The notes: generated from the letters alone by a model not told the origin. Positions 17,689 to 26,989 are shown, numbered from the stretch's first letter. The stretch is 58,968 bases of DNA from a virus (IMGVR_UViG_3300044809_000038:1-58968); one strand, 5' to 3'. Numbers and translations: made by a program.

Positions 17689-17785
17689 TGGTGGCGCCCG
17701 GAGTTGAACCGGGACACAGGGACTCGCGTCGATCGCGGCCGGGAGTTGCCCCGCCGCCCTGGCTCTGCCGTTGAGCTACGCCACC
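17689..17785 (-). ncRNA. tRNA-like RNA A (97 nt), anticodon loop replaced by a branched insert
   Basis: GGTGGCG/CGCCACC acceptor, GCTC/GAGC D stem, AGGG/CCCT stem enclosing 35 nt, CCCGG-TTCAACT-CCGGG T arm. Confidence 0.8.
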
Positions 17786-17790
17786 GTGGT

Positions 17791-17833
17791 TGTCGGGCCC
17801 CTGGCCGGGGGAGGCGCGGCCAGGGGCCCGACA
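17791..17833. terminator. Perfect 17-bp inverted repeat (terminator or processing hairpin)
   Basis: tgtcgggcccctggccg...cggccaggggcccgaca; no U-tract on the minus strand. Confidence 0.6.
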
Positions 17834-17838
17834 GGCTA

Positions 17839-19080
17839 TCAGGCGTTCAGCAGGTGCAGGGCCCGCATCGCCACGTTCTCCAGGCCCTCGGCCCGGTCGG
17901 CCGACTTGAGGGTCTGGCTGAACGAGGTGATGGCGTTGGCGATACCGCCGGCCGTGGCCTGGCCCGAGCGCAGGAAGTGGCTGATGATGCCGACCTGCTC
18001 GTCCTGGCTGAAGCCCAGCTTCGGCGCCAGCACCTTGACGGCCTGCTCCGGGTTGGCGACCGGCTTGCCGGCCAGGCCTTCGATCTCGGCCACCTGCTGG
18101 CTCAGGAACTCGGGCGACAGCCACAGCTTGACCAGGTCACGAGTCTTGCCGGTGATGACGTCGAGCATCTTGCGGTTGGTGTCGTCGCTCCACACGACGG
18201 CGCCTTCGTTGAGCCGGCTGCCCAGGTGCACGCGGTTCTCGGCCAGCAGCGGGATCGTCAGGCCGTTCTTGCACAGGGCCACGACCAGGCGCGGCATCAG
18301 CTCGAAGCGGCCGTTACCGGTCTCGCTGTTGCGGAACTGGAAGCCGGCGTGCACGACCGGCTCCTTGCCCGGCTCGTAGTCCATGCCCTCGGCCTTGGCC
18401 GCCGCGCGCCATTCTTCGACCGTGCGGCCGTGATGGCGCTGCTGCTCGATCGCGGGGTTGCGGAACGGCGACTCGTAGTCGCCCAGCAACACGGGTGCCA
18501 GCGCGGCCACGGCCGGCGCGTGCAAGTTGACGTACATCGACCGGTCGGTCAGGTCTGCGGAGGTGACCTGCACGCTCACGCCGGCCTCCTTGATGCCCTG
18601 AAGCGATGCCATCAGGACGTCCAGGTGGTCGATGATGCCGAACCGGTCGGACAGGAAGGCGCGCAGTACGCCCTCCCCGCCCTCGTCGCCGCGGAAGCAG
18701 CGGAGCAGGAACGACCGATCGTCGGCCGGGAACAGCACCTCGCGGTCCTCGCCGCGGACCATGGTCTTGCCGCGCAGCCAGCCGTTCACGTTGGCGTCGT
18801 ACAGGTACGGCCGACTACGCAGGGTCCGCATGTACGTGGTGGGGATGCCGAGCTTGCTGCCGATGCCCTCGTCAGCGATCGAGGTCGGGCGGTACACGCC
18901 GTCGACCTGGGTCACGCCGGTCTCGTCGACCCGTGCTTCGACGCCCTTGACGATCAGGTTGCCGTCCTGGCTGCGGATCTTGCTGGCCGGCACGTTGATG
19001 TCCAGCTTGCGCGCCTGCTGCTCCGACAGGATCTTGACAAGCTCACCGGCGGTGGCGTTGCGGGCGTTCGTGGCGATCAT
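17839..19080 (-). CDS. DUF932-like phage/plasmid protein
   Basis: KLGIPTTY, RAFLSDRF, NSETGNG, RLVVALCKNG, HLG motifs. Confidence 0.75.
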   Translation of the reverse strand: MIATNARNATAGELVKILSEQQARKLDINVPASKIRSQDGNLIVKGVEARVDETGVTQVDGVYRPTSIADEGIGSKLGIPTTYMRTLRSRPYLYDANVNGWLRGKTMVRGEDREVLFPADDRSFLLRCFRGDEGGEGVLRAFLSDRFGIIDHLDVLMASLQGIKEAGVSVQVTSADLTDRSMYVNLHAPAVAALAPVLLGDYESPFRNPAIEQQRHHGRTVEEWRAAAKAEGMDYEPGKEPVVHAGFQFRNSETGNGRFELMPRLVVALCKNGLTIPLLAENRVHLGSRLNEGAVVWSDDTNRKMLDVITGKTRDLVKLWLSPEFLSQQVAEIEGLAGKPVANPEQAVKVLAPKLGFSQDEQVGIISHFLRSGQATAGGIANAITSFSQTLKSADRAEGLENVAMRALHLLNA

Positions 19081-19115
19081 TGGTTCTTCCTCTCGGGTTG
19101 TCCCGGACGTCGGTC

Positions 19116-19352
19116 TCAGGCGTCCTTTACGTCGATAGCCAGGATCCGGCTGGTGGCGACATGGCCGGCGATGGGTCCGCTTGGACGCTGCACCATAACC
19201 GTGTCGTTCGGGCTGGGCAGGATGTTGCCGGCGACCACCTGGAGCGTGTCCAGAATCAGCTTGCCGGCGAAGCCCAGGGCCAACCACTCGGCGATTTCGG
19301 CCTGGTCGGTGATGCGCACCGCACCCTTGGCGAGTCGTAGAGTGCTCAGCAT
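19116..19352 (-). CDS. Hypothetical protein
   Basis: First gene after a promoter; conserved leader motif. Confidence 0.6.
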   Translation of the reverse strand: MLSTLRLAKGAVRITDQAEIAEWLALGFAGKLILDTLQVVAGNILPSPNDTVMVQRPSGPIAGHVATSRILAIDVKDA

Positions 19353-19394
19353 GTCGGTTCTCCCTCGCGGGTTGTTCCTGGCCTGACAAGAACG

Positions 19395-19423
19395 ACTCTA
19401 CACCCCGGTTCGGGGTGTGTCTA
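19395..19423 (-). promoter_or_regulatory. Promoter TAGACA-17-TAGAGT with palindromic spacer
   Basis: CACCCCggttcGGGGTG at 19401-19417. Confidence 0.8.
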
Positions 19424-19426
19424 GTC

Positions 19427-19918
19427 TCAGATCGGCAGGCCCAGCGCCACGCGCCTGGCCTTCACTTTTGCCACCATGTCCGTCTCGGGCCGGTATGCCC
19501 GGCCGCCGGGCGAGCGCCAGCGGCCGTCCTCCAGCTTGACCCAGTCCCCTGGAGCGGATGTGTCGGGTCGACGCTGACCCGGACCGTAGCCCACGCCGGG
19601 CGGCGGGTAGTCGCGGCGGCTCGGGCGCACGCGCGGCGGCGCCATCGGGTCGCCGGCCAAGGCCGCGGTGAGCTCGTCGAGATCGTAGGCGTCGCCCTTC
19701 CAGCGCGAGTACGCCGCGACCTGCGCTTCGGTGAACGCCGAGCCGACCGCCCTGGCCAGGTCGTGCTCTGTCCGCACGGTGACCGCCCAGCCTCGGGCGG
19801 CCGGCGTGCTGATGCGCAGGTGTCCGGTGGACAGCTCCTCGATCTGGACGAGCACCGACCGCACCTGATGCGCTACCGGTGCAGGACCCTGGACAGTAGG
19901 ACGCTCGATGCGCGCCAC
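19427..19918 (-). CDS. Hypothetical protein
   Basis: RBS AGGAGG; C-terminal DGRWRSPGGRAY. Confidence 0.6.
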   Translation of the reverse strand: MARIERPTVQGPAPVAHQVRSVLVQIEELSTGHLRISTPAARGWAVTVRTEHDLARAVGSAFTEAQVAAYSRWKGDAYDLDELTAALAGDPMAPPRVRPSRRDYPPPGVGYGPGQRRPDTSAPGDWVKLEDGRWRSPGGRAYRPETDMVAKVKARRVALGLPI

Positions 19919-19926
19919 GCCGCCTC

Positions 19927-21705
19927 CTAGGGCCGTGTGCGGATGTTCATGCCGTGGACGGTCGACGACACCTTCGTTTGGATCTGGCGCTCCCTGGTGG
20001 CCTTGGGAGCCTGGAGTGAGCCCGTGCCGGCGCGGCTCAGCTCGGTGATCAGGTGGACGTCGGCGTCCATGCGGTCGGGGGAGTCCTGGCTGGGTAGCCA
20101 GGTTGCCATCTGGTGCTCCAGCTCCATGAAGTGCCCGACATGGTGCACGGCGCCCGACGAGTACATGGGCGCGATGAACTCGGCGCGCAGCCGCTTGTTC
20201 ACGATCGGGTTGACCTGGCGCGTCGGCGGACCGGCGGCCGGCCAGCTCAGCAGGATCGGCACATTCGGCCACATCATCCGCAGCTGGTCGTCGATCGCCC
20301 AGCGGTCCTGGAGGCTGTCCTCGGGCACGACGAGCTGAGCCAGGGCGTGCTCAGCGGCCATCTTGTCCGGGGCGACCGGCCAGGGCTGCCGGGTGATCGA
20401 GCGGTAGCACTCGTCGAGGATGCGCGCCTGGCGCCTGATCAGCTTCCACTCGGTGCGGATCGAGCGGCGCAGCCCGGACAGCGACTTCTCGTAGGCCAGG
20501 GCCGAGCCGCCCCACTTCGCCATCGCGAAGATCGCTCGCCTGATCCACTCGCCGACCGTGTAGTGCCCGGAATCGTCGGCCAGCACGTAGTAGTCCCCGT
20601 CGGCCCCGATGCCGCCGGTGATGATGCCGGCCTCGTCGCCGGCTCCCGTGTTGTCGGCCGGGTCGACCATCGTCAGCACGCTGGCCATCTCGGGCGCGGC
20701 CGACACCCGGTTGCGCTCGAACCATTGGCGCTTGAAACTTCCGCCCTCGGGCGCACTGGGAACGCCCTGGTACAGCGCGTTCCACCAGCGGACGCCGATC
20801 TGGTCGGGCTTCGCCTCCCACTCCTCGCGGGTGCGACCGCGGGCCGAGACGAGCCACTCGCCCGGCTCGCGGCCCAGCGGATCGTTCTGGCCGGCCTGCG
20901 CCGGGATGTTGAGCCGGGCGTAGATCGGCGTGACCCGCGCGTCGTCCTCCTTGATCAGCCAGCCGGACAGGTCGTCCTCGTGCCAACGGGTTTGGATGAC
21001 GATCACGATGGCGCGGCCAGACAGTCGCGCGCTGGCCACCGCCTGGAACCAGTCCTTCGCGGCCTGCCGATAGACCGGGCTGTCGGCCTGCTTGGCGTCC
21101 TTCAGCGGGTCGTCGACGATCAGCACGTCGACGGGCCGGCCGGTGAACGCGCTGCCGACGCCGACGGCCAACATGCCGCCGGCACCCTTGCGGCCCGGTA
21201 TGTCCGTCAGGGCCCAGTTGGTCTGCTGTGCGCGGTCCGGGTCCAGGGTGAGGCCGAGCACGTCGACCCGGTCGAGGTCCTTCCGCTCGCCTTTGTAGCC
21301 GGCGCCGTGCAGCTCGATGAACTGCCGCACGGCCAGGGTCGGCTGGCTGGCGATGCCCTGCTCGTAGCTGGCCACGGCGATGCGGAGGCTCGGGTCGCGC
21401 AGCAGCAGCCATAGGCTGCCGTCCTGACTGATGCGGGTGGTTTTGCCCTCCTGCGGCGGCGTGCTGATGATCCAGCGGCGCTGCACGCCGTGCCACGCCT
21501 GGGTAATGACCTCGTCAAGCTTGTCCAGCAGCGGCGTCTGCACGCTGTCGCGGCGCAGGAACTGGGCCAGGTGGCCCGGCATCGGGAACCGCGCGATGGC
21601 CTCACGCCGGCGCAGCACCCGGTCGAGCCGGGTCTGGAACAGCTTCCGCTCCGTGGCCGACAGGTCGCCCACAACCTGCTGGACGACGTCGCCGGTCGAG
21701 GTCAC
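19927..21705 (-). CDS. terL: Terminase large subunit
   Basis: TPPQEGKT Walker A, LIVDDP Walker B, QTRWHEDD, VDPA nuclease motif, SPDRMDA. Confidence 0.95.
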   Translation of the reverse strand: MTSTGDVVQQVVGDLSATERKLFQTRLDRVLRRREAIARFPMPGHLAQFLRRDSVQTPLLDKLDEVITQAWHGVQRRWIISTPPQEGKTTRISQDGSLWLLLRDPSLRIAVASYEQGIASQPTLAVRQFIELHGAGYKGERKDLDRVDVLGLTLDPDRAQQTNWALTDIPGRKGAGGMLAVGVGSAFTGRPVDVLIVDDPLKDAKQADSPVYRQAAKDWFQAVASARLSGRAIVIVIQTRWHEDDLSGWLIKEDDARVTPIYARLNIPAQAGQNDPLGREPGEWLVSARGRTREEWEAKPDQIGVRWWNALYQGVPSAPEGGSFKRQWFERNRVSAAPEMASVLTMVDPADNTGAGDEAGIITGGIGADGDYYVLADDSGHYTVGEWIRRAIFAMAKWGGSALAYEKSLSGLRRSIRTEWKLIRRQARILDECYRSITRQPWPVAPDKMAAEHALAQLVVPEDSLQDRWAIDDQLRMMWPNVPILLSWPAAGPPTRQVNPIVNKRLRAEFIAPMYSSGAVHHVGHFMELEHQMATWLPSQDSPDRMDADVHLITELSRAGTGSLQAPKATRERQIQTKVSSTVHGMNIRTRP

Positions 21706-22169
21706 CCGGCACTCTCCAGCGGCACCGCGGTCAGCCGGCGCAGCGGCTGCACGTCACCGGGCGCGCCGTCGGTCAGCTCGACGATACGAGTGATGGCGTC
21801 CTCGACCTTGCTGGCCTGCACTTCGATCTTCATGGCGGCGTCGAGGCCCAGGAACTTCCGGTACTCGCGGCCCAGCGCGATCATGACCTCGATCGAGCGC
21901 GGCTCGCCACGCAGGGCCCGCGGCATACCGGCCTGGCGCAGCAGGCGCATGTTCTCCAGCTCCTGGGCGAACACCTGTTCCCGCAGGTCGGCGCTGTCGT
22001 CGATGACGCGCTGCATTTCGCGGCCGAGCAGCGTCCGGGCTTGCTTCTCCGAGAGGTTGAGCGAACGAGCAGCATTCGGCACGGTGCTGCCGCTCGCCAC
22101 GAGCTCCATCATCTTCCGGGCCAGGCCGAGGTTCTTGACCCTGGTGGCGACGCCGTCCTCCTTCGTCAT
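21702..22169 (-). CDS. terS: Terminase small subunit
   Basis: N-terminal HTH, KFLGLDA; directly upstream of TerL. Confidence 0.75.
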   Translation of the reverse strand: MTKEDGVATRVKNLGLARKMMELVASGSTVPNAARSLNLSEKQARTLLGREMQRVIDDSADLREQVFAQELENMRLLRQAGMPRALRGEPRSIEVMIALGREYRKFLGLDAAMKIEVQASKVEDAITRIVELTDGAPGDVQPLRRLTAVPLESAG

Positions 22170-22175
22170 TACCCC

Positions 22176-22199
22176 AGGTTAGCACCCTGCGGCGGGGTC
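22176..22199 (-). promoter_or_regulatory. Extended -10 promoter (TGcTAACCT) with adjacent palindrome; leaderless terS
   Basis: CACCCTgcggcGGGGTC at 22183-22199; ATG 6 nt after -10. Confidence 0.55.
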
Positions 22200-22204
22200 G
22201 ATAC

Positions 22205-22807
22205 CTACCAGCCGATGATCTCGGCGAGCCGCTCGGTGCAGCCCTGTAGTCCTGCCGAACCCAGGTTGCTCATCTCGTGCACGTGCAGCAGCGGGCGCTC
22301 CAGGGCGGCGTGCTCGGCGTATTCGAAGAAGTTGCGCGACCGCGTGAACTGCCCGCGCACCCATGATTCCTTCTGGTGACTGCCGCGCTCCTGGCAGCGG
22401 CGCTCGACGATGTCCGGCGACGCCGTGACCAGCACCACGTGCGCCTCGATCTCGGCTGCCATGAGCGCCTCTACGAAGCGGCGCACGCCGAGCCGGGCGC
22501 CCTCGCCGAGCAGCACGGGCGCCTCGGCCGCCGCGACCCCGCTGACGATCCACTCCTCGACCGGCACGATGGCGCTCATCGCCATGGCGTCGGTGCCGGG
22601 GAAGCCGGCCGGGTGCTTGCCGGCACGGGCGCCGAGCTCGACCGCGATGGCACCAGGATCGTGCCGATGGGCCGGCTGGAACAGCCACTCGCGGCGCGGC
22701 TGCCCCTCGTCGGGCGTGCTCTCGACCCGGCCGTAGGGACTCGTGAGGCGACTCATGATCGCCGACTTGCCGACCGCCGGGCCGCCGGTCAGGTACAGGG
22801 CCTTCAC
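22205..22807 (-). CDS. P-loop kinase, probable 5-hydroxymethyluracil DNA kinase
   Basis: LTGGPAVGKS, FPGTDAM, LGEGARL, RGSHQKESWVRG; gene context. Confidence 0.8.
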   Translation of the reverse strand: MKALYLTGGPAVGKSAIMSRLTSPYGRVESTPDEGQPRREWLFQPAHRHDPGAIAVELGARAGKHPAGFPGTDAMAMSAIVPVEEWIVSGVAAAEAPVLLGEGARLGVRRFVEALMAAEIEAHVVLVTASPDIVERRCQERGSHQKESWVRGQFTRSRNFFEYAEHAALERPLLHVHEMSNLGSAGLQGCTERLAEIIGW

Positions 22808-23700
22808 GCTTTCACCTTTGCTTTCGTGCCGATCTGGCCGCCCACGATCCACAGGGCGGTAGTGCCGTCGCGCCGCATCCACCAGGGCGGCTTCGTCTCG
22901 TCGAGATACCGGACGACCTTGCCTTCGTAGGTCGGGTGCAGGTCAATGCCATCAGCCTGACCTGGCATCCGCTGGGCGTAGCTGGCGTAGCGCATGGCGT
23001 GCAGGTCGATGACCTCGATGCGCACGGGTGTCAGGTCGAAGTCGACGCCGAGCCGGTCGAGGCGCTCGTGCAGCCAGGCGCGCCGGCTCGGGCCGATACC
23101 GACAAGCACGACGCGCCGAACGCCGACCGGGCCGTACCGGTGCAGGCCGTACAGCACGCCGGCCGCCGAGTTGCCTGAGCCGAAGGGGATCACCAGTGTC
23201 TCGACGTTCACCGGCAGGTTGTGCACCTGCTCGGCGGCGGAGCGATGGAACGCCTCGACGTCGGCCGGCGTGGCGTCGCCCGGCGGCGTGATGCCGTAGT
23301 TGAGCACGTAGGAGCCCGGCTCGTTCGCCTGGCGGATGCGCGCGGCCCGCTGGAGATACGGGTTGAAACCCACCGGCACGAACTCGAACTCGCCGCCGGC
23401 CGAGGCCGCGATGACGGGCGCGATGTGTCGCACGACTGTCTCAGGTCGGGTGGCGCCGTAGATCAGCGTGCAGGGCAGGCCCAGGTCGCGGGCCACGACG
23501 GCGGCCATGGCCGATTGTGGGCTGAGCACCGAGCTGGCCGAGACGATGCGGGTGGCGCCGCGCTCGGCGGCCAGCTGGAGCAGGTGTTGGCAGGCCCTCA
23601 GCTTCGAGCCGTTGACGCCGAAGTCTGCGCGATGATGATCTTCTCGTTTGTACCACCGCCCGTTGCGTAGCTCGACAGGGGTGAGGTTGACGGTGGGCAT
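22804..23700 (-). CDS. PLP-dependent enzyme (fold type II) of the DNA modification cluster
   Basis: LTPVE...KRED...NGSKLR, IPFGSGNS, LHPTYEGK. Confidence 0.85.
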   Translation of the reverse strand: MPTVNLTPVELRNGRWYKREDHHRADFGVNGSKLRACQHLLQLAAERGATRIVSASSVLSPQSAMAAVVARDLGLPCTLIYGATRPETVVRHIAPVIAASAGGEFEFVPVGFNPYLQRAARIRQANEPGSYVLNYGITPPGDATPADVEAFHRSAAEQVHNLPVNVETLVIPFGSGNSAAGVLYGLHRYGPVGVRRVVLVGIGPSRRAWLHERLDRLGVDFDLTPVRIEVIDLHAMRYASYAQRMPGQADGIDLHPTYEGKVVRYLDETKPPWWMRRDGTTALWIVGGQIGTKAKVKA

Positions 23701-24788
23701 CGGTCGTCCTTTCTGGTGCCGAACGCGCCAGCGGCCACGCGGGCGCCGAAGTCGTTCTCGAAACACGGCCAGTCGCCGTCCATCACGATGACCTGGCCCG
23801 TGTTCAGGTAGTGGTTCTGCTTGTCCGGCACGACGCCGGGGTCCAGCGGGTTGCACTCCAGCCGTAGGCGCGGCGGCAGCTCGGCCGCGCGGGCGTCCCA
23901 GATGGCTTCGAAGCGGGTGCCGAACTTCGACTCGGCCCGCACGAGCCGGTTGTAGAGCAGGTCGTTGTAGACGTTGGGGTAGCGGCGCTTCGGCCGGTGC
24001 CAGCTCTTGTACGTGCACAGCGCCGACTCCAGCGTCAGGTAACCCACGTCCGGGTTGTCCGGGTTGCGCACCCTCGCAATCGACAACAGGTGCTCACCCA
24101 GGCGCTCCAGCTCGCCGAGCACCTCGGGCGGATAGTCGCCCCGAAAGTTCGGGTTGCGGTCCCACCAAATCCACTCGTCGAGGCCGTGCACCAGGGCCAG
24201 GCCATTGCGGTGGCTCTTGCTGCCGTCCTTGTCGCGCAGCAGCAGCGTGTCGGCGTCGGGCAACCAGTGTCGGCCGCGGGCGCCGACGCCGAGCAGCCGG
24301 ACGTACTCCAGGTAGCTCCAGGCGCTCAGCCGGCCCATGGTGTAGATCTCGTTGGCGGCCCGCCACACGCCGGTCCAGTCACCGGCGGCGGCATGGCGCC
24401 AGTACGCGTCCTGGCCGGCGCGCGTCAGGTTGAGGTAGCTGCCGACCGCCTCCGCGAACTTGCTTTTGTGGTAGCGGCGATCGGTGTCCCATTCGAGGTC
24501 GCGGTAGTGCTGCCGCCAGAACTTGACCACGCGGCCGGCCTGCTCGGGCCGGCTGCCCTGCTGCATCAGGAGCAGGGTCGTCACGGGGTTCTGCGTGTTG
24601 CCGTTGATGAACGCGGCCCAGGCGCGCTGCTCGACGTCCCAGTTCAGCTCACGGGCCAGGTAGGGCAGCACGTAGTAGACGGCGCCCGGATGGCTGCGGT
24701 AGCGCAGATGGAACGTGTAGAACCGCTGGAACACCTCGTGCCGGTACTGGGTGAGCCGGAAGTCGCTGCCGGCCTTCAGGTCCATCAC
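23598..24788 (-). CDS. aGPT-PPlase / amino acid:DNA transferase family
   Basis: DTDRRYHK, MGRLSAWSYLE, SHRNGL, TLESALCTYK. Confidence 0.8.
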   Translation of the reverse strand: MMDLKAGSDFRLTQYRHEVFQRFYTFHLRYRSHPGAVYYVLPYLARELNWDVEQRAWAAFINGNTQNPVTTLLLMQQGSRPEQAGRVVKFWRQHYRDLEWDTDRRYHKSKFAEAVGSYLNLTRAGQDAYWRHAAAGDWTGVWRAANEIYTMGRLSAWSYLEYVRLLGVGARGRHWLPDADTLLLRDKDGSKSHRNGLALVHGLDEWIWWDRNPNFRGDYPPEVLGELERLGEHLLSIARVRNPDNPDVGYLTLESALCTYKSWHRPKRRYPNVYNDLLYNRLVRAESKFGTRFEAIWDARAAELPPRLRLECNPLDPGVVPDKQNHYLNTGQVIVMDGDWPCFENDFGARVAAGAFGTRKDDRCPPSTSPLSSYATGGGTNEKIIIAQTSASTARS

Positions 24789-25753
24789 GTCTCCAGTTGG
24801 TCGAGGTAGGCGTCTTCGATGGCGGTCGGATCACCGCTGAGCGCCGCGCCCGAGCGGCCACCAATCAGCCGGCCGGACTGCTTCTTGCGCATCGACGTCG
24901 CCGAGCGGCCGTTAGCCGGACTCAGATTCCCTTCGGCAACACGACTGGCAATGTCACGTTCGCGCTCGGTGCGCCGCCGTCGGGCGTAGGTGGCCTCGAC
25001 GGCGGCGCTGAAGCAGTCCTTCAGGCCACGGAGGGAGTAGTAGACGATGCTGTAGCGATAGCCGTCGACCGCGGTCTGGCGCATCGGCGTGACACCGTGG
25101 ACGAGCTGCTGGCCGGGGAAGAACACGGCCCAGCCGTCGCGGCACGGCACGACCAGGTCGTACTCGGGCACCGACAGGTAACCGCCGGTGACGCCTCGGC
25201 GCAGCACCGGCATCGCCGACCACACAGGGTAGTTGAACACGTCGCGGTGATAGGGCAGCTGTGCCGACCGGTTGATGACGCCGCTGGTGTAGTGCGTTTC
25301 GCCGAGCTTCCAATCAGCATCGACGGCCGCGACCGTGGAACGGTCGGCCTCGACCCGGTCGGGCACGATCTCGCGCAGCATGTCGATCAGCCGGCTGGCC
25401 CATTCGTCCAGGACGCGTTCGGTGTCCGGGTTGTCGATGGCCATGCTGGCCGGCTGGCAGCCCTCCCGGCCGTACAGCGGGCGCCGCGGTGTCCAGCCGA
25501 AGGTCCTGCTGGCGTTGCGCAGGCCGGCCCGGTACGCGGTGTAGCTGGCGCCGCTGGTGGCGAGCACGGCCCGGCGTAGGTCGCCGACCGCGGTACGGTC
25601 CAGCGGCAGGTAGGCCAGCACCGGTTCGCCCGTGTCGCCATCGACGACGAGCTGCGCCGAGTGGATGTTCGGCAGCAGCGTCGGCACGGTCTCGCCGATC
25701 ATCTTGCCGGCGACGTCGGCCGCCATGGTGCGGCCTGTCCCCACGAAGTCCAT
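24785..25753 (-). CDS. TET/JBP-family 2OG-Fe(II) dioxygenase
   Basis: TSGVIN...YHRD (HxD), VHGVTP, YRYSIVYY (RxS). Confidence 0.9.
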   Translation of the reverse strand: MDFVGTGRTMAADVAGKMIGETVPTLLPNIHSAQLVVDGDTGEPVLAYLPLDRTAVGDLRRAVLATSGASYTAYRAGLRNASRTFGWTPRRPLYGREGCQPASMAIDNPDTERVLDEWASRLIDMLREIVPDRVEADRSTVAAVDADWKLGETHYTSGVINRSAQLPYHRDVFNYPVWSAMPVLRRGVTGGYLSVPEYDLVVPCRDGWAVFFPGQQLVHGVTPMRQTAVDGYRYSIVYYSLRGLKDCFSAAVEATYARRRRTERERDIASRVAEGNLSPANGRSATSMRKKQSGRLIGGRSGAALSGDPTAIEDAYLDQLET

Positions 25754-26427
25754 CAGTCGGCCTCGGGCGCCTGGGCGCCGGTCGCGTCGGCCAGCAGCCG
25801 CACCAGCACGTCGGGCGAGTTGTCGACGTCCCAGCGTTCGGCCAGATCCTTGAGCTGCTCCACCACCCACACGTAGACCGGGTTGCTGAACATCAGCATG
25901 ACCATGCGGGTCTTCGTGGTCTCGTACTGGGTGGCCATCTCGTCGATGGTCTTGCGGCTCGCGGTCTGGATCGGGTCGCCGAGCGCGTCGGCGACGGCGG
26001 TCCCGCCGGTCTCCTCCAGCGCGGCGGCCAGGTCGTCGAGGTTGCCCTGGTCGTAGCCGGCCAGACTGAGACTGCCGTTCTGTTCGATGGCCGTCAGCAG
26101 CTCCAGCAGGCTGGACTGGTCGTAGCCGAGCGACTTGTCTCGGGCCCGGTTGTCCCATGCCAAGATCTCCAGGGCGCGCTCGTCGCTGCACCGCACGAAC
26201 TCGGCCCGGATGTGCGTCCAGCCCAGCTGGTCCCTTGCGGCGCGGTAGGTCGAATTGCCGGCCAAGATGTGCCCCGTGTCGGCGTGCACGACGATCGTCC
26301 GGTACTGGCCCATCTCGCGCAGCCGGGTGGCGATCTCCCCGATGTTGCCGCGGTTGGCGTTGCGCGGATGTTCCGAGATCGCGGTGACCGGCACGTCCCG
26401 CACCTCAACGACATGAACCTTCTCCAT
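25753..26427 (-). CDS. ParB/Srx-like domain protein
   Basis: HPRNAN, GQYRTIVV...ILAGN, WDNR. Confidence 0.85.
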   Translation of the reverse strand: MEKVHVVEVRDVPVTAISEHPRNANRGNIGEIATRLREMGQYRTIVVHADTGHILAGNSTYRAARDQLGWTHIRAEFVRCSDERALEILAWDNRARDKSLGYDQSSLLELLTAIEQNGSLSLAGYDQGNLDDLAAALEETGGTAVADALGDPIQTASRKTIDEMATQYETTKTRMVMLMFSNPVYVWVVEQLKDLAERWDVDNSPDVLVRLLADATGAQAPEAD

Positions 26428-26903
26428 CAGCCTTCGCTCTCGTCGGTGATGACCACGTAGAGGCGTGGCTCCTTGCTGTATTCCGAATCCTCGTGCCGAG
26501 AAACAATGCTCTGGCTGGCGCGGACGATGTGGCGCGAATTGTCGTCGGGCACGACGCCGTAGCCCACCAGGCAATCAATGATCGGCTTCAGGCTGGGCGC
26601 GATGTTGTCGGCGTCCATTTTGCGATTGTTGCCGGGATAGTAGACAAGCTCCACGCTGGCCTTTTCCAGGCGCAGCGGCGGCAGGTTAGCCTGCTTCGCC
26701 GAGAGCAGGGTGATCAGCTTGAGGTCGTTCTGCAAGTCGCGCAGCTGGGCCCAGTGCATCTTGCGCTGCTCGTTCGCGGTGATGGTGGGCCGGTCGATGA
26801 GCAGTCGTAGCTTCCATCGCCGCTGGCCGGGCGGTCGCTCGGGCGTAACCACGTGGGCACCCTTCATGCACCAGCAGCTCGTGGGCCGATGCGGTTGGCT
26901 CAT
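26427..26903 (-). CDS. rusA: RusA-like Holliday junction resolvase, leaderless
   Basis: DADN...KPIIDCLV...VVPDD; ATG 6 nt after -10. Confidence 0.85.
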   Translation of the reverse strand: MSQPHRPTSCWCMKGAHVVTPERPPGQRRWKLRLLIDRPTITANEQRKMHWAQLRDLQNDLKLITLLSAKQANLPPLRLEKASVELVYYPGNNRKMDADNIAPSLKPIIDCLVGYGVVPDDNSRHIVRASQSIVSRHEDSEYSKEPRLYVVITDESEG

Positions 26904-26909
26904 GGCGCT

Positions 26910-26932
26910 ACCATACACCCCTAAATGGGGTG
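26910..26932 (-). promoter_or_regulatory. Promoter (-10 TATGGT) with palindrome
   Basis: CACCCCtaaatGGGGTG at 26916-26932. Confidence 0.7.
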
Positions 26933-26939
26933 CAGACGG

Positions 26940-26977
26940 GCCGGTGCCCCTCCGAATCCCGACGGAGGGGCACCGGC
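26940..26977. terminator. 15-bp hairpin terminator
   Basis: gccggtgcccctccg...cggaggggcaccggc just after a stop codon. Confidence 0.6.
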
Positions 26978-26989
26978 GTGCGAGCCTAC

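Noticed and set aside
17463-17785. Ordinary tRNA genes (including Cys-GCA or long-variable-arm class II)
   Set aside because: No 5-bp stem with a 7-nt U33 loop can be drawn; GCAA sits at a short hairpin tip, and normal short variable loops are already present
25753-26427. ParB as a plasmid-prophage partition system
   Set aside because: No ParA or parS array seen; the gene is coupled to the DNA modification operon
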